Below, one piece after another: positions 1 through 9,575 of a DNA stretch of 64,000 nucleotides (its first letter is position 1; each line of letters begins with the position of its first letter). This DNA comes from Candidatus Poriferisocius sp. (GTDB taxonomy: Bacteria > Actinomycetota > Acidimicrobiia > Acidimicrobiales > Bin134), in NCBI RefSeq assembly GCF_965208355.1, contig NZ_CBDBOM010000003.1:1297339-1361338 (forward strand). Reading direction: 5' to 3'. The notes below the pieces were generated by a model. That model ran no database searches. It was not told the origin of the DNA and was given only the letters and a program-made list of their open reading frames with translations. Both the position numbers and the translations under genes were made by a program.

Positions 1-207
1 TCGCCGGCTCGCACCCGTCCCGAACCGGACAGCGGAACGATGGCGGTCTCCCGGTCGGTCTCGGACCCCGACCACGGGTCCGCTGGGGTTAGCTCCACCA
101 CCGAGAAGGCCACGTTGTCCCACCCGGCCGAATCTGGCGTTACGTCCACAATCCGCCCCGGTCCCGGCTGGGGTCGGATGGGTCCTGATGCGGGTGCGGT
201 CGCCATG
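1..207 (-). CDS. iolB: 5-deoxy-glucuronate isomerase (IolB-like), 5' part only; the gene continues past the left edge
   Basis: Absent from the ORF track because it is open at the window edge. Minus strand has GGAGG (213-217), then ATG at 207-205. My translation MATAPASGPIRPQPGPGRIVDVTPDSAGWDNVAFSVVELTPADPWSGSETDRETAIVPLSGSGRV resembles IolB N-termini. It sits at the distal end of the iol operon. Confidence 0.55.
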
Positions 208-208
208 G

Positions 209-1189
209 TCAGCCTCCTAGTCCTGCCGGCACAAGGTCTCCGGCGTCCATCTCCTGCTTGAACCGCTCCAGCAGCTCCCGATTGCCCAGAGGCTCATAGC
301 CCAAGATCTCAGTCGTGCGAGGAGTTCGCATCGTGGTGTCGTAGGGAACTCGGGCACCGCCCAGCAATGCCATCATCTCCGGGTCGGGCGGCACCGAACG
401 GAGCAGCGACGGGTCGTGGCCGAACACCTCGCAGGCCATCTGGGCCAGTTCCATCCTCCCAGCCGGCTCGGCCCCGCAGCAGTGGAAGATGCCATCGGCA
501 TCGCCATCTGACGCCATCAACCACATGACTTCGGCGCACTCGCTGGCCAGGCTGGGGGTGGCCGTCATGTTGATGTCGTCGCCCTCCCACACCCCGAACG
601 GTTCCCCTTGAGAAACGGCATCGAGCACCGTGGTCACGAAGTAGCCGAAACCGGGGTCTTGGCCCCGTGGCATCTCGTCGCGGGCCCAGTGGACCCCGTT
701 GACTGCCGATACTCGGGCCACGGCGGCTCGGTCGGCCCGCAGCAGGGCAGCTTGCTCGCTCAGGGCCTTCAGCACGCCGTAGTAGTTCACCGGGTTGGGT
801 GGGGTGTGCTCGTCGGCCCCGGATTGGGTTCCGTCGAACACCCAGTCGGTGGAAACCAATATGAGCTTGGCTCCGGCTCGGTTGGCTGCCTCCGCCAAAG
901 TGAGGGTGGCATCCACATAGCTGCGCCAGGCCAAATCCCGCTGGGCGTAGATCCCGGCCAAGTCGTTGAGGATCATGGAGTGGACGATCACGTCGGGGTC
1001 GAATTGGGCCACGCTGGCCAGCACCGCGTCGGCCTCGAGCAAATCCAGCGGCTCTGTGGTGTAGCCCTGGGGGTTGTCGGGCACGAAGGTGTGGATTGGA
1101 CAGTGAACGGTGGCGCGGTGGCGCTCGGCGAACACCTTGACGATGTTGGAGCCGAGGAATCCGGTGCCCCCGGTGACATAGGCCCGCAC
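209..1189 (-). CDS. NAD-dependent epimerase/dehydratase, RmlD-like extended SDR
   Basis: Rossmann start VTGGTGFLGSN. STDWVFDG and YGVLK (YxxxK) motifs are typical of the dTDP-4-dehydrorhamnose reductase-like family. GTG start with GGGAG upstream. The stop abuts the iolB RBS. Confidence 0.7.
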   Translation of the reverse strand: MRAYVTGGTGFLGSNIVKVFAERHRATVHCPIHTFVPDNPQGYTTEPLDLLEADAVLASVAQFDPDVIVHSMILNDLAGIYAQRDLAWRSYVDATLTLAEAANRAGAKLILVSTDWVFDGTQSGADEHTPPNPVNYYGVLKALSEQAALLRADRAAVARVSAVNGVHWARDEMPRGQDPGFGYFVTTVLDAVSQGEPFGVWEGDDINMTATPSLASECAEVMWLMASDGDADGIFHCCGAEPAGRMELAQMACEVFGHDPSLLRSVPPDPEMMALLGGARVPYDTTMRTPRTTEILGYEPLGNRELLERFKQEMDAGDLVPAGLGG

Positions 1190-1245
1190 TGTTCAGGCTC
1201 CCTCTCCGGTTTGCGGCATGTCGCTAGTCATGCTTCTCCCCTTAG

Positions 1246-2253
1246 CTAGCCGATCTCGTCGATGCGCACGGGCCGCTGTTCTCTTACCGAGCGCCATGCG
1301 GCCAGTCCGATGACCAAGGGAGCCCGCCCGTCGGCCAAGGTGACCGGCGAGGGTGTGCCATCCATCATGTCGGCGAAGGCGGCCCATTCAGCCAGGTAGG
1401 AGGGGATGTACCGCTCCAAGAAGAAATAGGGCAGCGTCGGGCTGTGCGACCCGTCGGCTGTTCGGGTTACCGCAGTGGCGGTTAGGGGGTTCTCAGAGGC
1501 GGCCATTCCCGCGGAGCCAAACGCTTCCACTCGCTGGTCGTAGCCGTACACCGCCTGGCGGCTGTTGTCGATGGTGCTGATGGCGCCGTTTTCGTGAGTG
1601 CAAACGATCACTGCGGTGTCGAGGTCGCCTACTTCTCCGATGGCCTCGTCGACCCGAACCGCTCCGGTGGCGTATACCTCGGTCACCTCGCTCCCGGTGA
1701 TGAAGCGGATCATGTCGAAATCGTGGATGGTCATGTCGCAGAAGATCCCGCCGGACTCATCCAGATACATCAGCGGAGGGGGCTCGGGGTCGCGGCTGGA
1801 CACGCGCACCAGATGGACGTCGCCCAGTTCGCCCTCGGCCACTCGGTCGTGTACGTAGCGGTGGCTGGGGTCGAAGCGGCGGTTGAATCCCACTTGCACC
1901 GGGATCCCTGCGGCCTCTGCCGCGGCGATACCCCGATCGACGTCGGCAAGGTTGAGGGCCAGCGGCTTTTCCACAAAGGCGGCCTTGCCGGCCTCAGCCG
2001 CAGCCACCAGGAGGTCGATATGGGTGTGGGTGGAGGAGCAGATGGCCACCGCGTCCACGTCGTCGGCCTTCAAGATCTCCTCGGGAGCTGCGGCATGGCG
2101 CGCTCCCAATTCCTCGGCAACCGCGGCCGCAGCGGCGTCTACCACGTCGTAGACAGCAGCCAACTCGGCGCTGGGCACCTGCTTGGCGATCAGCTCGGCA
2201 TGCATCCGCCCTATCCGCCCGCAGCCCAGCACCCCGATGCGCACCGGGCTCAT
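1246..2253 (-). CDS. iolG: Gfo/Idh/MocA oxidoreductase, probable myo-inositol 2-dehydrogenase
   Basis: RIGVLGCGRIGRMHA dinucleotide fold, FVEKPLA (EKP motif), GFNRRFDP. iol context. 4-nt start/stop overlap with the upstream gene. Confidence 0.7.
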   Translation of the reverse strand: MSPVRIGVLGCGRIGRMHAELIAKQVPSAELAAVYDVVDAAAAAVAEELGARHAAAPEEILKADDVDAVAICSSTHTHIDLLVAAAEAGKAAFVEKPLALNLADVDRGIAAAEAAGIPVQVGFNRRFDPSHRYVHDRVAEGELGDVHLVRVSSRDPEPPPLMYLDESGGIFCDMTIHDFDMIRFITGSEVTEVYATGAVRVDEAIGEVGDLDTAVIVCTHENGAISTIDNSRQAVYGYDQRVEAFGSAGMAASENPLTATAVTRTADGSHSPTLPYFFLERYIPSYLAEWAAFADMMDGTPSPVTLADGRAPLVIGLAAWRSVREQRPVRIDEIG

Positions 2254-3680
2254 GATCCGGTCCCCTTGGATTCAGATTGCAGGCTCGAGACCACTCGGCC
2301 GTTGCGTATCTCCACGGGGTACAAGGTAAGGGGATCGGTGGCCGGAAACCGAACCGCCTCGCCGGTTCGAAGGTCGAATCGGCCGTTGTGCTTGGGGCAC
2401 TCCACCAGGCAGTCGAGCACCAAACCCTCGGCCAGATAGGCCTGGCCGTGGGTGCAGAGCCCTTCGGTGCACACCAGGGTGCCGTCGTCCAGTCGGAAGA
2501 GGGCGTAAGTCTCGTCGCCCACTTCGAATTGTCGGGCCGAACCAGGGGCCAGCGCGTTGGCCGGGCCGAGGTCGAACAACCCGTCGTGGCGGTCGCCGGC
2601 CCACACAGTGTGTCCGGTGTTGACAAATGAGCGTCCAGCGTCGGACACCGCGGGAACGTCGTCGCGGGGCTCGTCATAGGCCGGATTGCGCCATTGCCGG
2701 CGCAGGGTGGACAGGATGCGCCGGTAGGCCGACCAGGTATTGGGCGAAGCCGGGGCCAGATATACCTTGACCTCTTGGTGAAGGGCGGGCAGGGAGTAGT
2801 AGGGCACAGTGGGGAAGATGTGGTGCTCCACGTGGTAGTTCATGTTGGAGTACAAGAACCGGAAGACGGGGTTCATATACACCGTGCGGGTGTTGAGGCG
2901 GTGGTCGAGCACGTCCTCGCGCAGCCCGGCGTGCTGGGTGATGGCGAAGAACACCATCAGCCAGGCACCGTAAATGGTGGGCAGCCCGACGTAGAGCAAC
3001 GGCACGATGGACCAAATCGCGATCGACCATGCCGTCACTCCGGCCAAGATGGCGATGTAGGCCCGCGACTCCCACTTCAGCTTTCCGAGCTCGTCGACGG
3101 GGATGAACGAGCGGGCCTCGTCGTCGATGCGCCCAATGGCGTGCTTGGCGGTGCGCACCACCATGTTGGGCACGTTCATCACCGGCACGAACAGCAGCGC
3201 AATGGAGGTGGGTGAGGAGGGGCGGGGAAAGATGATCTCGGCGTCTCGGCCCACCACGATGGTGTCGGTGTGGTGACGGACATGCGACCAGCGCCACAAG
3301 GTGGGCTGGCGCAGCAGCATGAACGAGGCCAAGTAGTACACCACGTCGTTGAGCCACTTGGTCTTGAAGGCGGTACCGTGCCCGCACTCATGCCAGCGGG
3401 AGTCGCCTGCTCCGCCGTAGAGGGCGCCGTAGGCGGCGAAGGCCGGGACTGCCCACCAAGTGCCCAGCGATAAGAAGGCCAGATAGCCGAACCCGGCCAA
3501 AAGGCCGAGCCAGGCGGCGGTATCGAGGGCCGCTCTGGCGTTGCCCCTTACTTGGAGTTGGCGCAGGCGCTCGGGGTCAATGGGCGGGCGGAACCACTCG
3601 GCCTCCACCAATCCGTCGGCTGTGGCCCGGTCTGCCTCGGGGCCTCCAACCCGGTAGTCGCGCCGGACGGAAGTCACCAT
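2250..3680 (-). CDS. Membrane fatty-acid-desaturase-family di-iron enzyme fused to a C-terminal Rieske [2Fe-2S] domain
   Basis: Three His boxes (HECGH, HVRHH, HVEHH) and hydrophobic segments in the N-terminal ~360 aa. The C-terminal ~100 aa carries CTHGQAYL...(x)...CPKHNGRFD, i.e. CxH...CxxH. Overlaps iolD (ATGGTGA) and iolG (4 nt). Confidence 0.75.
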   Translation of the reverse strand: MVTSVRRDYRVGGPEADRATADGLVEAEWFRPPIDPERLRQLQVRGNARAALDTAAWLGLLAGFGYLAFLSLGTWWAVPAFAAYGALYGGAGDSRWHECGHGTAFKTKWLNDVVYYLASFMLLRQPTLWRWSHVRHHTDTIVVGRDAEIIFPRPSSPTSIALLFVPVMNVPNMVVRTAKHAIGRIDDEARSFIPVDELGKLKWESRAYIAILAGVTAWSIAIWSIVPLLYVGLPTIYGAWLMVFFAITQHAGLREDVLDHRLNTRTVYMNPVFRFLYSNMNYHVEHHIFPTVPYYSLPALHQEVKVYLAPASPNTWSAYRRILSTLRRQWRNPAYDEPRDDVPAVSDAGRSFVNTGHTVWAGDRHDGLFDLGPANALAPGSARQFEVGDETYALFRLDDGTLVCTEGLCTHGQAYLAEGLVLDCLVECPKHNGRFDLRTGEAVRFPATDPLTLYPVEIRNGRVVSSLQSESKGTGS

Positions 3681-5566
3681 CCCACGCGTTGATCGGCTTT
3701 GCCGGAGTCCATGGCGGCCCGGGCGGCCCGCACATCGGGGCTGGTGCTCACCTCGGGCACGCCAACCTCCCAGAACGAGCCGCCCTCGGTCCAGCGGTAT
3801 GCGTGGGTGTTCAGGGCGATCACATAAGTGCTTTCGGCGGCTCGGGCACGGCCGAACGCGGCTTCGAGTTCGGCGATGGACGTCACGGTCTCTGTTTCGC
3901 AGCCCATGGAGCCGGCGTGGGCTGCGAAGTCAACCGCCGCTGGCTCCTGCACTCGGGAGTCGGCGATGAGGTTGTTGAACGGCACCCCGCCTTGGGCCAA
4001 TTGCAGGCGGTTGATCACCGCGTAGCCGCCGTTGTCGCACACGATGACGATGAGCTTGTGGCCGGTGAGCACCGTGCTATAGAGATCGCTGTTCATCATC
4101 AGGTAGGAGCCGTCGCCTACCAGCACCACCACCTCTCGGTCGGGCAGGGCCATCTTTGCCCCCCACCCGCCGGAGATCTCGTAGCCCATGCAGGAGTATC
4201 CGTATTCGCAGTCGAAGGAGTGAACGGTTTGGCCCCGCCATCCGTTGACCAGCTCGCCGGGGAAACCTCCGGCCGCGGCCAGCACATAGGTGGACTCGTC
4301 GGCGAGCCGGTCCACCACCCCCACCACCTGGGCATAGGTGGGGAGTTCGTCGTCGGAGATGTCGGAATCGCCAGAGGACCCACCGGCCGATGCCACCGTC
4401 TCGGGGGCGGCGATCTTGTCGATGTAGGCGTGGTACTGCGAGGTCTCCGAAGAGGCCCGGTCAGACCATTCCTCTGGGGCTCGGTAGTCGGCCAGCGCAT
4501 CGCCCAATTCGGCCAGGCCTTCGCGGGCGTCGGCCACCAGGGGCAGCGACCGGTGCTTGGAGGCGTCGAAACGAGCCGCGTTCAAGCCGATGATCTGCAC
4601 GTCGTCGCCCCCGGCGAAAACCGTCCACGATCCGGTGACGAAGTCGCCCAGGCGGGTGCCCACCGCCAATACCGCATCGGCCTCGGCGGCCATGGCGTTA
4701 GCCGACGTGCAGCCGGTGACCCCGATGGGACCGCAGTTGAGCGGGTGGTCAGCCACAAACGAGGTGCGACCGGCCACCGTTTCCACCACCGGGATGTTGT
4801 GAGCCTCGGCGAAGGTTCGTAGCCGGTCTTCGGCCAGCGACCAGTGAACCCCCCCGCCGGCCACGATGAGGGGTCGCTTCGCAGCAGCCAGGGCAGCCGC
4901 CGCTCGGCGCAATTGGCCGGTGTCAGGGCGGGGGCGGCTGATCTCGTGGACGGCCTGCTCGAATAAGCGGGAGGGGAAGTCGAAGGCCTCGCCTTGGACG
5001 TCTTGGGGGAGGCTGATGAAGGCCGGGCCGCAGTCGCCGGGGTCGAGCATGACGCCGAGGGCGTTGGGCAGCGAGTGAACCAACTGCTCCGGCGTGGTGA
5101 TGCGGTCCCAATAGCGGACGACGGGCTTGAAGGCGTCGTTGACCGTCACCGTCGGGTCGCCGAAGTGCTCCACTTGCTGAAGCACCGGGTCGGGTATGCG
5201 GCTGTTGAAGGTATCGCCGGCCAGCAGAAGCAGCGGCATTCTGTTGGCCATGGCTACTGCGGCTGCGGTCACCATGTTGGTGGCACCGGGGCCGATGGAG
5301 CTGGTGGCGGCCATGATGCGGCGGCGGCGGTTGGCCTTGGCGTAGGCCACCGCGGCCAGGGCCATGCCTTGCTCGTTCTGACCCCGCCAGGTGGGCAGCG
5401 CCTCCCCGGCCTGCTCCAGCTCGTGGCCCAAACAGGTGACGTTGCCGTGGCCGAAGATGGCGAACACGCCGGCGAAGAGGGGAACGGTCTGGCCATCGAT
5501 CTCGATTCGCTGCGCGGCCAGGTAGCGCACGATGGCCCCGGAAGTTGTCATTCGGACGGTTTCCAT
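3674..5566 (-). CDS. iolD: 3D-(3,5/4)-trihydroxycyclohexane-1,2-dione acylhydrolase, ThDP-dependent
   Basis: 630 aa ThDP-enzyme architecture, GDGSYLMMNSDL ThDP/Mg motif, IolD-like N-terminus VRMTTSGAIVRYLAAQ. iol context. Confidence 0.8.
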   Translation of the reverse strand: METVRMTTSGAIVRYLAAQRIEIDGQTVPLFAGVFAIFGHGNVTCLGHELEQAGEALPTWRGQNEQGMALAAVAYAKANRRRRIMAATSSIGPGATNMVTAAAVAMANRMPLLLLAGDTFNSRIPDPVLQQVEHFGDPTVTVNDAFKPVVRYWDRITTPEQLVHSLPNALGVMLDPGDCGPAFISLPQDVQGEAFDFPSRLFEQAVHEISRPRPDTGQLRRAAAALAAAKRPLIVAGGGVHWSLAEDRLRTFAEAHNIPVVETVAGRTSFVADHPLNCGPIGVTGCTSANAMAAEADAVLAVGTRLGDFVTGSWTVFAGGDDVQIIGLNAARFDASKHRSLPLVADAREGLAELGDALADYRAPEEWSDRASSETSQYHAYIDKIAAPETVASAGGSSGDSDISDDELPTYAQVVGVVDRLADESTYVLAAAGGFPGELVNGWRGQTVHSFDCEYGYSCMGYEISGGWGAKMALPDREVVVLVGDGSYLMMNSDLYSTVLTGHKLIVIVCDNGGYAVINRLQLAQGGVPFNNLIADSRVQEPAAVDFAAHAGSMGCETETVTSIAELEAAFGRARAAESTYVIALNTHAYRWTEGGSFWEVGVPEVSTSPDVRAARAAMDSGKADQRVGW

Positions 5567-5579
5567 GGCTGCCCTCCCT

Positions 5580-6755
5580 TCACTCGATCTCTAGCGATAC
5601 CACATCTTCCCAGGCACCGGTCTCCCAGCTTTTCAGCATGGCGGCTTGCACGCTCACACAGGCCAGAGCCTGCTCCATGCCCGCGCTGTGGGGTCGGCCC
5701 TCGGCCACTGCGGTTAGGAACTCGTGGTCCTGGATGGTCACCATGTCCTCGAAGCCGATGGAGTTGGCGTCGCCGGGCACGAAAGCGCCGTGATAGGGGT
5801 GGCGTTCGCTGGCCCGCACGGTGGTGTAGCCCTGCTGGGGGTCGGATGCCCTGAACAACTGGAGCTCGTTCAGGGTCTCGTGGTTCCAGCTCAGCGCACC
5901 CTCGGTGCCGTAAATGTCAAAGGCCATCTGGCTCTGGGGGCCGACGATGGCCCTACTTGATTCGAACACGCCGTGGCTGCCGTTGGCGAACACGGCTAGC
6001 GCGGCGAAGTAGTCCTCGTTGGTGACCTCCCCAGTCGGGTCGCCGGGGCTGCCTCGGTCGTAGTGGGTGCCGGCTCCCGAGGGAAGCGGGCGCTCCTTGA
6101 TGAAGGTCTCCCCGATGCCCACCACCCGGGAAATGGGACCGTTGAGCATCAAAGCCAGGTCCACCGCGTGGCTCAGAATGTCGGTGGTGGCGCCGTGACC
6201 GGCCTGGTCGATCAGAAAACGCCAGGAGAGCAGGCCCATGGGGTCGGCCCCATACATGGAGAAGAACCGGCCCCGATAGTTGGAGATCTGCCCCAGCTGA
6301 CCGGTGGCGATTAGCTCTCGGGCGTAGAGCACCAGGGGAGCGAAGCGGTAGTTGTAGCCCACCCCGGTGACTATCCCGGCTTGGCGGCAGGCATGGGCGA
6401 TTCGGGCGGTTTGGCTGGGGGTGCCTCCCACCGGCTTCTCGCAGAACACGTGCTTTCCGGCTTCGGCAGCCGCCGTGGCCAATGGCTCGTGCAGCATGTT
6501 GGGAGCGCAGACAACGACAACATCCACGTCGGGATGCTCGACTGCGGGCTCCCAGTCTTCGGTGGCCTCCCGGAAACCGAAGGTACTAACCGCCGCATGG
6601 CGGCGGGACTCCACGTTGTCGGAGCAGATCACCAAGTCCACGTCGTAGGCCCGATCCTCGAATAGCGTGGGCAGCCGCAGGTAGGAGCGGGTGTGGGCCT
6701 GGCCCATCCAGCCGAAGCCCACCACGGCCAGCCCGAGTCGCTTTGGGGAGGTCAT
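5580..6755 (-). CDS. Gfo/Idh/MocA family oxidoreductase (second dehydrogenase in the iol locus)
   Basis: LGLAVVGFGWMGQAH Rossmann start, FCEKPV, GYNYRF. 4-nt overlap with the upstream gene. Confidence 0.7.
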   Translation of the reverse strand: MTSPKRLGLAVVGFGWMGQAHTRSYLRLPTLFEDRAYDVDLVICSDNVESRRHAAVSTFGFREATEDWEPAVEHPDVDVVVVCAPNMLHEPLATAAAEAGKHVFCEKPVGGTPSQTARIAHACRQAGIVTGVGYNYRFAPLVLYARELIATGQLGQISNYRGRFFSMYGADPMGLLSWRFLIDQAGHGATTDILSHAVDLALMLNGPISRVVGIGETFIKERPLPSGAGTHYDRGSPGDPTGEVTNEDYFAALAVFANGSHGVFESSRAIVGPQSQMAFDIYGTEGALSWNHETLNELQLFRASDPQQGYTTVRASERHPYHGAFVPGDANSIGFEDMVTIQDHEFLTAVAEGRPHSAGMEQALACVSVQAAMLKSWETGAWEDVVSLEIE

Positions 6756-7717
6756 GACCCGGTCCCTACCCGGCGGTCCACTCCCGGATGGGCTGCGGCA
6801 GGGTCGAGCAGGTGCTCGGGTATTCCGCCCCGCAGCCAGGCGAGAGCCTGGTCCAGCGCTTGGCCTATCAGCCTGACGATGCCCACTGTGGTGGTCGAGG
6901 CCACATGGGGGGTGACGACCACATTGATGCGGCCCAGCAGGGGATGGTCGGGGGGCAGCGGCTCAGGTTCGGTGACGTCGAGGCCCGCGCCGGCCACGAG
7001 ACCCGAGTCGAGGGCGGCCAACAGGGCTTCTTGGTCCAGCAATGTCCCCCGAGCGCAATTGATGATGATCACGCCGGGGCGCATGGCAGCCAGCGAATTC
7101 GAGTTGATGATGTGGTGGGTCTCGGGGGTGGCCGGCGCGTGCAGCGACACCACGTCGGCCTCGCCCCATAGATGGTCTAGGCCGACCAACTCGCCCACGG
7201 GAGAGACCTCCAGATAGGGGTCGTAGACCAGAACCCTCATCCCCAATGCCTCGGCGTAACCCCCCAGAAGGGAGCCGATCCGCCCGCAGCCCACCAAACC
7301 CAGCACTCGCCCGTCCAACTCCAGCGCGCCGGGGCCAGTAAGTCGGCCAGGGCCACCCGCGGTACCGGCAGCCAGACGTGCTTCTGAGCCCTTGAGCCGT
7401 TTGGCCACCGCCAGCATCAACGCCAGGGCGTGCTCGGCGGTGGAAACCGTGGGGGCGTCGGGGGTGTTGGTGGCGGCCACCCCGTGGGCCGCGCAGGCAG
7501 CGACGTCCACGTTGTCGTAGCCGATGCCCGAGCGGGCCACCACCTTGAGATTGGGCAGCCGGCGGCAGGCATCGTCGTCCCACGGCCGGTCGGCGGCCAC
7601 CACCACGCCGTCGGCGTGCTCTGGGCCGTCAACCAACTCAACGTCGGGGGGAATAACCAATTCAGATGGGGGAGTGCGGTCGATCCAGATCCGGATCTTG
7701 TTGTCTGATCTGGTCAT
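6752..7717 (-). CDS. D-isomer-specific 2-hydroxyacid dehydrogenase family protein
   Basis: GLVGCGRIGS NAD motif, ARG...D and PH(V/I)AS catalytic region (VVTPHVAST). I moved the start to MTRSDNKIRIW (7717). The longer track ORF (to 7921) would overlap iolC and has an Arg/Pro/Trp-rich non-protein-like N-terminus. Confidence 0.7.
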   Translation of the reverse strand: MTRSDNKIRIWIDRTPPSELVIPPDVELVDGPEHADGVVVAADRPWDDDACRRLPNLKVVARSGIGYDNVDVAACAAHGVAATNTPDAPTVSTAEHALALMLAVAKRLKGSEARLAAGTAGGPGRLTGPGALELDGRVLGLVGCGRIGSLLGGYAEALGMRVLVYDPYLEVSPVGELVGLDHLWGEADVVSLHAPATPETHHIINSNSLAAMRPGVIIINCARGTLLDQEALLAALDSGLVAGAGLDVTEPEPLPPDHPLLGRINVVVTPHVASTTTVGIVRLIGQALDQALAWLRGGIPEHLLDPAAAHPGVDRRVGTGS

Positions 7718-7751
7718 GCTCCGGCCTCGCCGGTGAAATCTGTTGGAGCGA

Positions 7752-8711
7752 TCATTGTCCTCGGGCCAGCATCTCGTCGATCTCCGCAGGGGTGGGCATG
7801 GCGTCAGAACAGGCCAGGCGACCAGCCACGATAGCCCCGGCGGCGTTGGCCCGAGTGACGATTTCAACCGGGTCGAGGCCCGCCAGCAGCCCATCGGCCA
7901 GCGACCCTCCGAAGGCGTCACCGGCGCCGAGGCCGCATACCACCTCCACTGGCATGGGGCGCACCTCGGCGCGGCTCTCTGGGGTGGCGACCAGCACGCC
8001 GTCGGCCCCCTGTTTCACTATGGCCAGCGACACTCCTCGATCCAGCAACCGATCGGCGGCGGTATGGGGATCGGAGGTGCCGATGGCAATTTCGCACTCG
8101 GTGCGATTGCCCACCGCCACGGTGGCCAATTCGACGGCCTGACCGATGTGGGTCCCGGCCTCTTGGGGGGAGTTCCAGAAGCTGGGGCGGTAGTCCAAGT
8201 CGAGCACGGTGTGGGGACGGCGATTCCGCCGGTCGAGTACCTCCATCACGGTGGAGCGGGACGGTTCTTGGGCGAAGCGGGATCCGGCCGTCCACAGCAC
8301 GGGTACCTCGTCGGCAATATTGGGGACATCGGCAGGCCGCAGGTTCATCTCCGGGCCGCGGGGCTCGCGATAGAACAGAAGCGGCGGATCGGTCGGGGGG
8401 TCGAGGGCGCAGAAGGCCAACGCGGTGCGCAGGTCGGGATCGGTGGTCACATAGCGGTTGTCCACCCCGAACTTCTCGGCCAGATCGGCCCGGATGTACT
8501 CGCCGAAGCCGTCGTCTCCCACCCGGGTCACCACCGCGGCCCTTCGTCCCAATCGCGCGCAGGCCACGGCCACGTTGGTGGGCGATCCGCCAATCGACTT
8601 GGCGAAAGTCTGGACCTTGCTCAGTGGAACACCGCTCTGCTGGGGATACAGATCGACGCTGACCCGTCCGATGGTCAGCACTTCGAGATCGGTTGCCTGG
8701 GTCTCAGCCAC
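7752..8711 (-). CDS. iolC: 5-dehydro-2-deoxygluconokinase (PfkB family)
   Basis: PfkB sugar kinase fold with C-terminal GLGAGDAFGG motif. iol context. Confidence 0.7.
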   Translation of the reverse strand: MAETQATDLEVLTIGRVSVDLYPQQSGVPLSKVQTFAKSIGGSPTNVAVACARLGRRAAVVTRVGDDGFGEYIRADLAEKFGVDNRYVTTDPDLRTALAFCALDPPTDPPLLFYREPRGPEMNLRPADVPNIADEVPVLWTAGSRFAQEPSRSTVMEVLDRRNRRPHTVLDLDYRPSFWNSPQEAGTHIGQAVELATVAVGNRTECEIAIGTSDPHTAADRLLDRGVSLAIVKQGADGVLVATPESRAEVRPMPVEVVCGLGAGDAFGGSLADGLLAGLDPVEIVTRANAAGAIVAGRLACSDAMPTPAEIDEMLARGQ

Positions 8712-8743
8712 GCAGTGATGCTAGTTGTGGCCCGAATCAACCT

Positions 8744-9523
8744 CTATGTGCCGGCTTGAGCCAGCTCGTGCTGAAGGGCGTCTAGTTCCGCGCCACCGGC
8801 CATGAGCTGGGTCAGATCGGTCTGAGACAGCTCTTCTTTGGCCCAATTGCCCATGGACACGCCCCGGTTGAGGATCACGAAACGGTCGCCCACCGGATAG
8901 GCGTGGTTGGGGTTGTGGGTGATGAAGATGACCGCCAAGCCCTGGTCCCGGGCTTCAATGATGCGCCGCAGCACCACCCCCGACTGCTTCACCCCCAGCG
9001 CTGAGGTGGGCTCGTCGAGGATCAACACCCGGGCGCCGAAATAGCTGGCCCGGGCGATGGCCACCGACTGCCTTTCGCCGCCGGAGAGCGTGCCCACGGG
9101 CTGTTCGACGTCGCGGATGTCGATGCCCATCTTGGCCATCTCTTCTTTGGCGATGCGCTTGGCCCCCTCGATGTCGATCTGGCGGAAGGGCCAGATGCCG
9201 GTCTTGGGCTCGGCACCGAGGAAGAAGTTCCGCCATACCGACATCAGCGGGACAATGGCCAAGTCCTGGTACACGGTGGCGATGCCTCGGGCCAGAGCTT
9301 CGCGGGGCGAGTTGAAGCGCACGTCTTCGCCTTCCATGCGCAATGTGCCCTCGTCGTGCTGGTGCACGCCGGCCAGGATCTTGATGAACGTGGACTTGCC
9401 CGCGCCATTGTCACCCAACACGCAGGTGACCTCGCCGGGGTTCACCGTGGTGCTCACCCCGGTTAGGGCGATGATGTTCCCGTAGAACTTCGAGATGTTG
9501 TTCAGTTCGAGGAAGTCGGCCAT
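8744..9523 (-). CDS. Sugar ABC transporter ATP-binding protein (single NBD)
   Basis: Walker [10 protein letters not shown], signature LSGGERQ, Walker B LILDEPT. Confidence 0.85.
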   Translation of the reverse strand: MADFLELNNISKFYGNIIALTGVSTTVNPGEVTCVLGDNGAGKSTFIKILAGVHQHDEGTLRMEGEDVRFNSPREALARGIATVYQDLAIVPLMSVWRNFFLGAEPKTGIWPFRQIDIEGAKRIAKEEMAKMGIDIRDVEQPVGTLSGGERQSVAIARASYFGARVLILDEPTSALGVKQSGVVLRRIIEARDQGLAVIFITHNPNHAYPVGDRFVILNRGVSMGNWAKEELSQTDLTQLMAGGAELDALQHELAQAGT

Positions 9524-9575
9524 CAGCAGGTCTCCTTGAGGTTCTTGGTAGTCCGTTTGGTTTGCCGCGAGATAG

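Noticed and set aside
40-261. 73-aa plus-strand ORF at the left edge
   Set aside because: Antisense to the iolB 5' end and the epimerase 3' end. No RBS or motif support.
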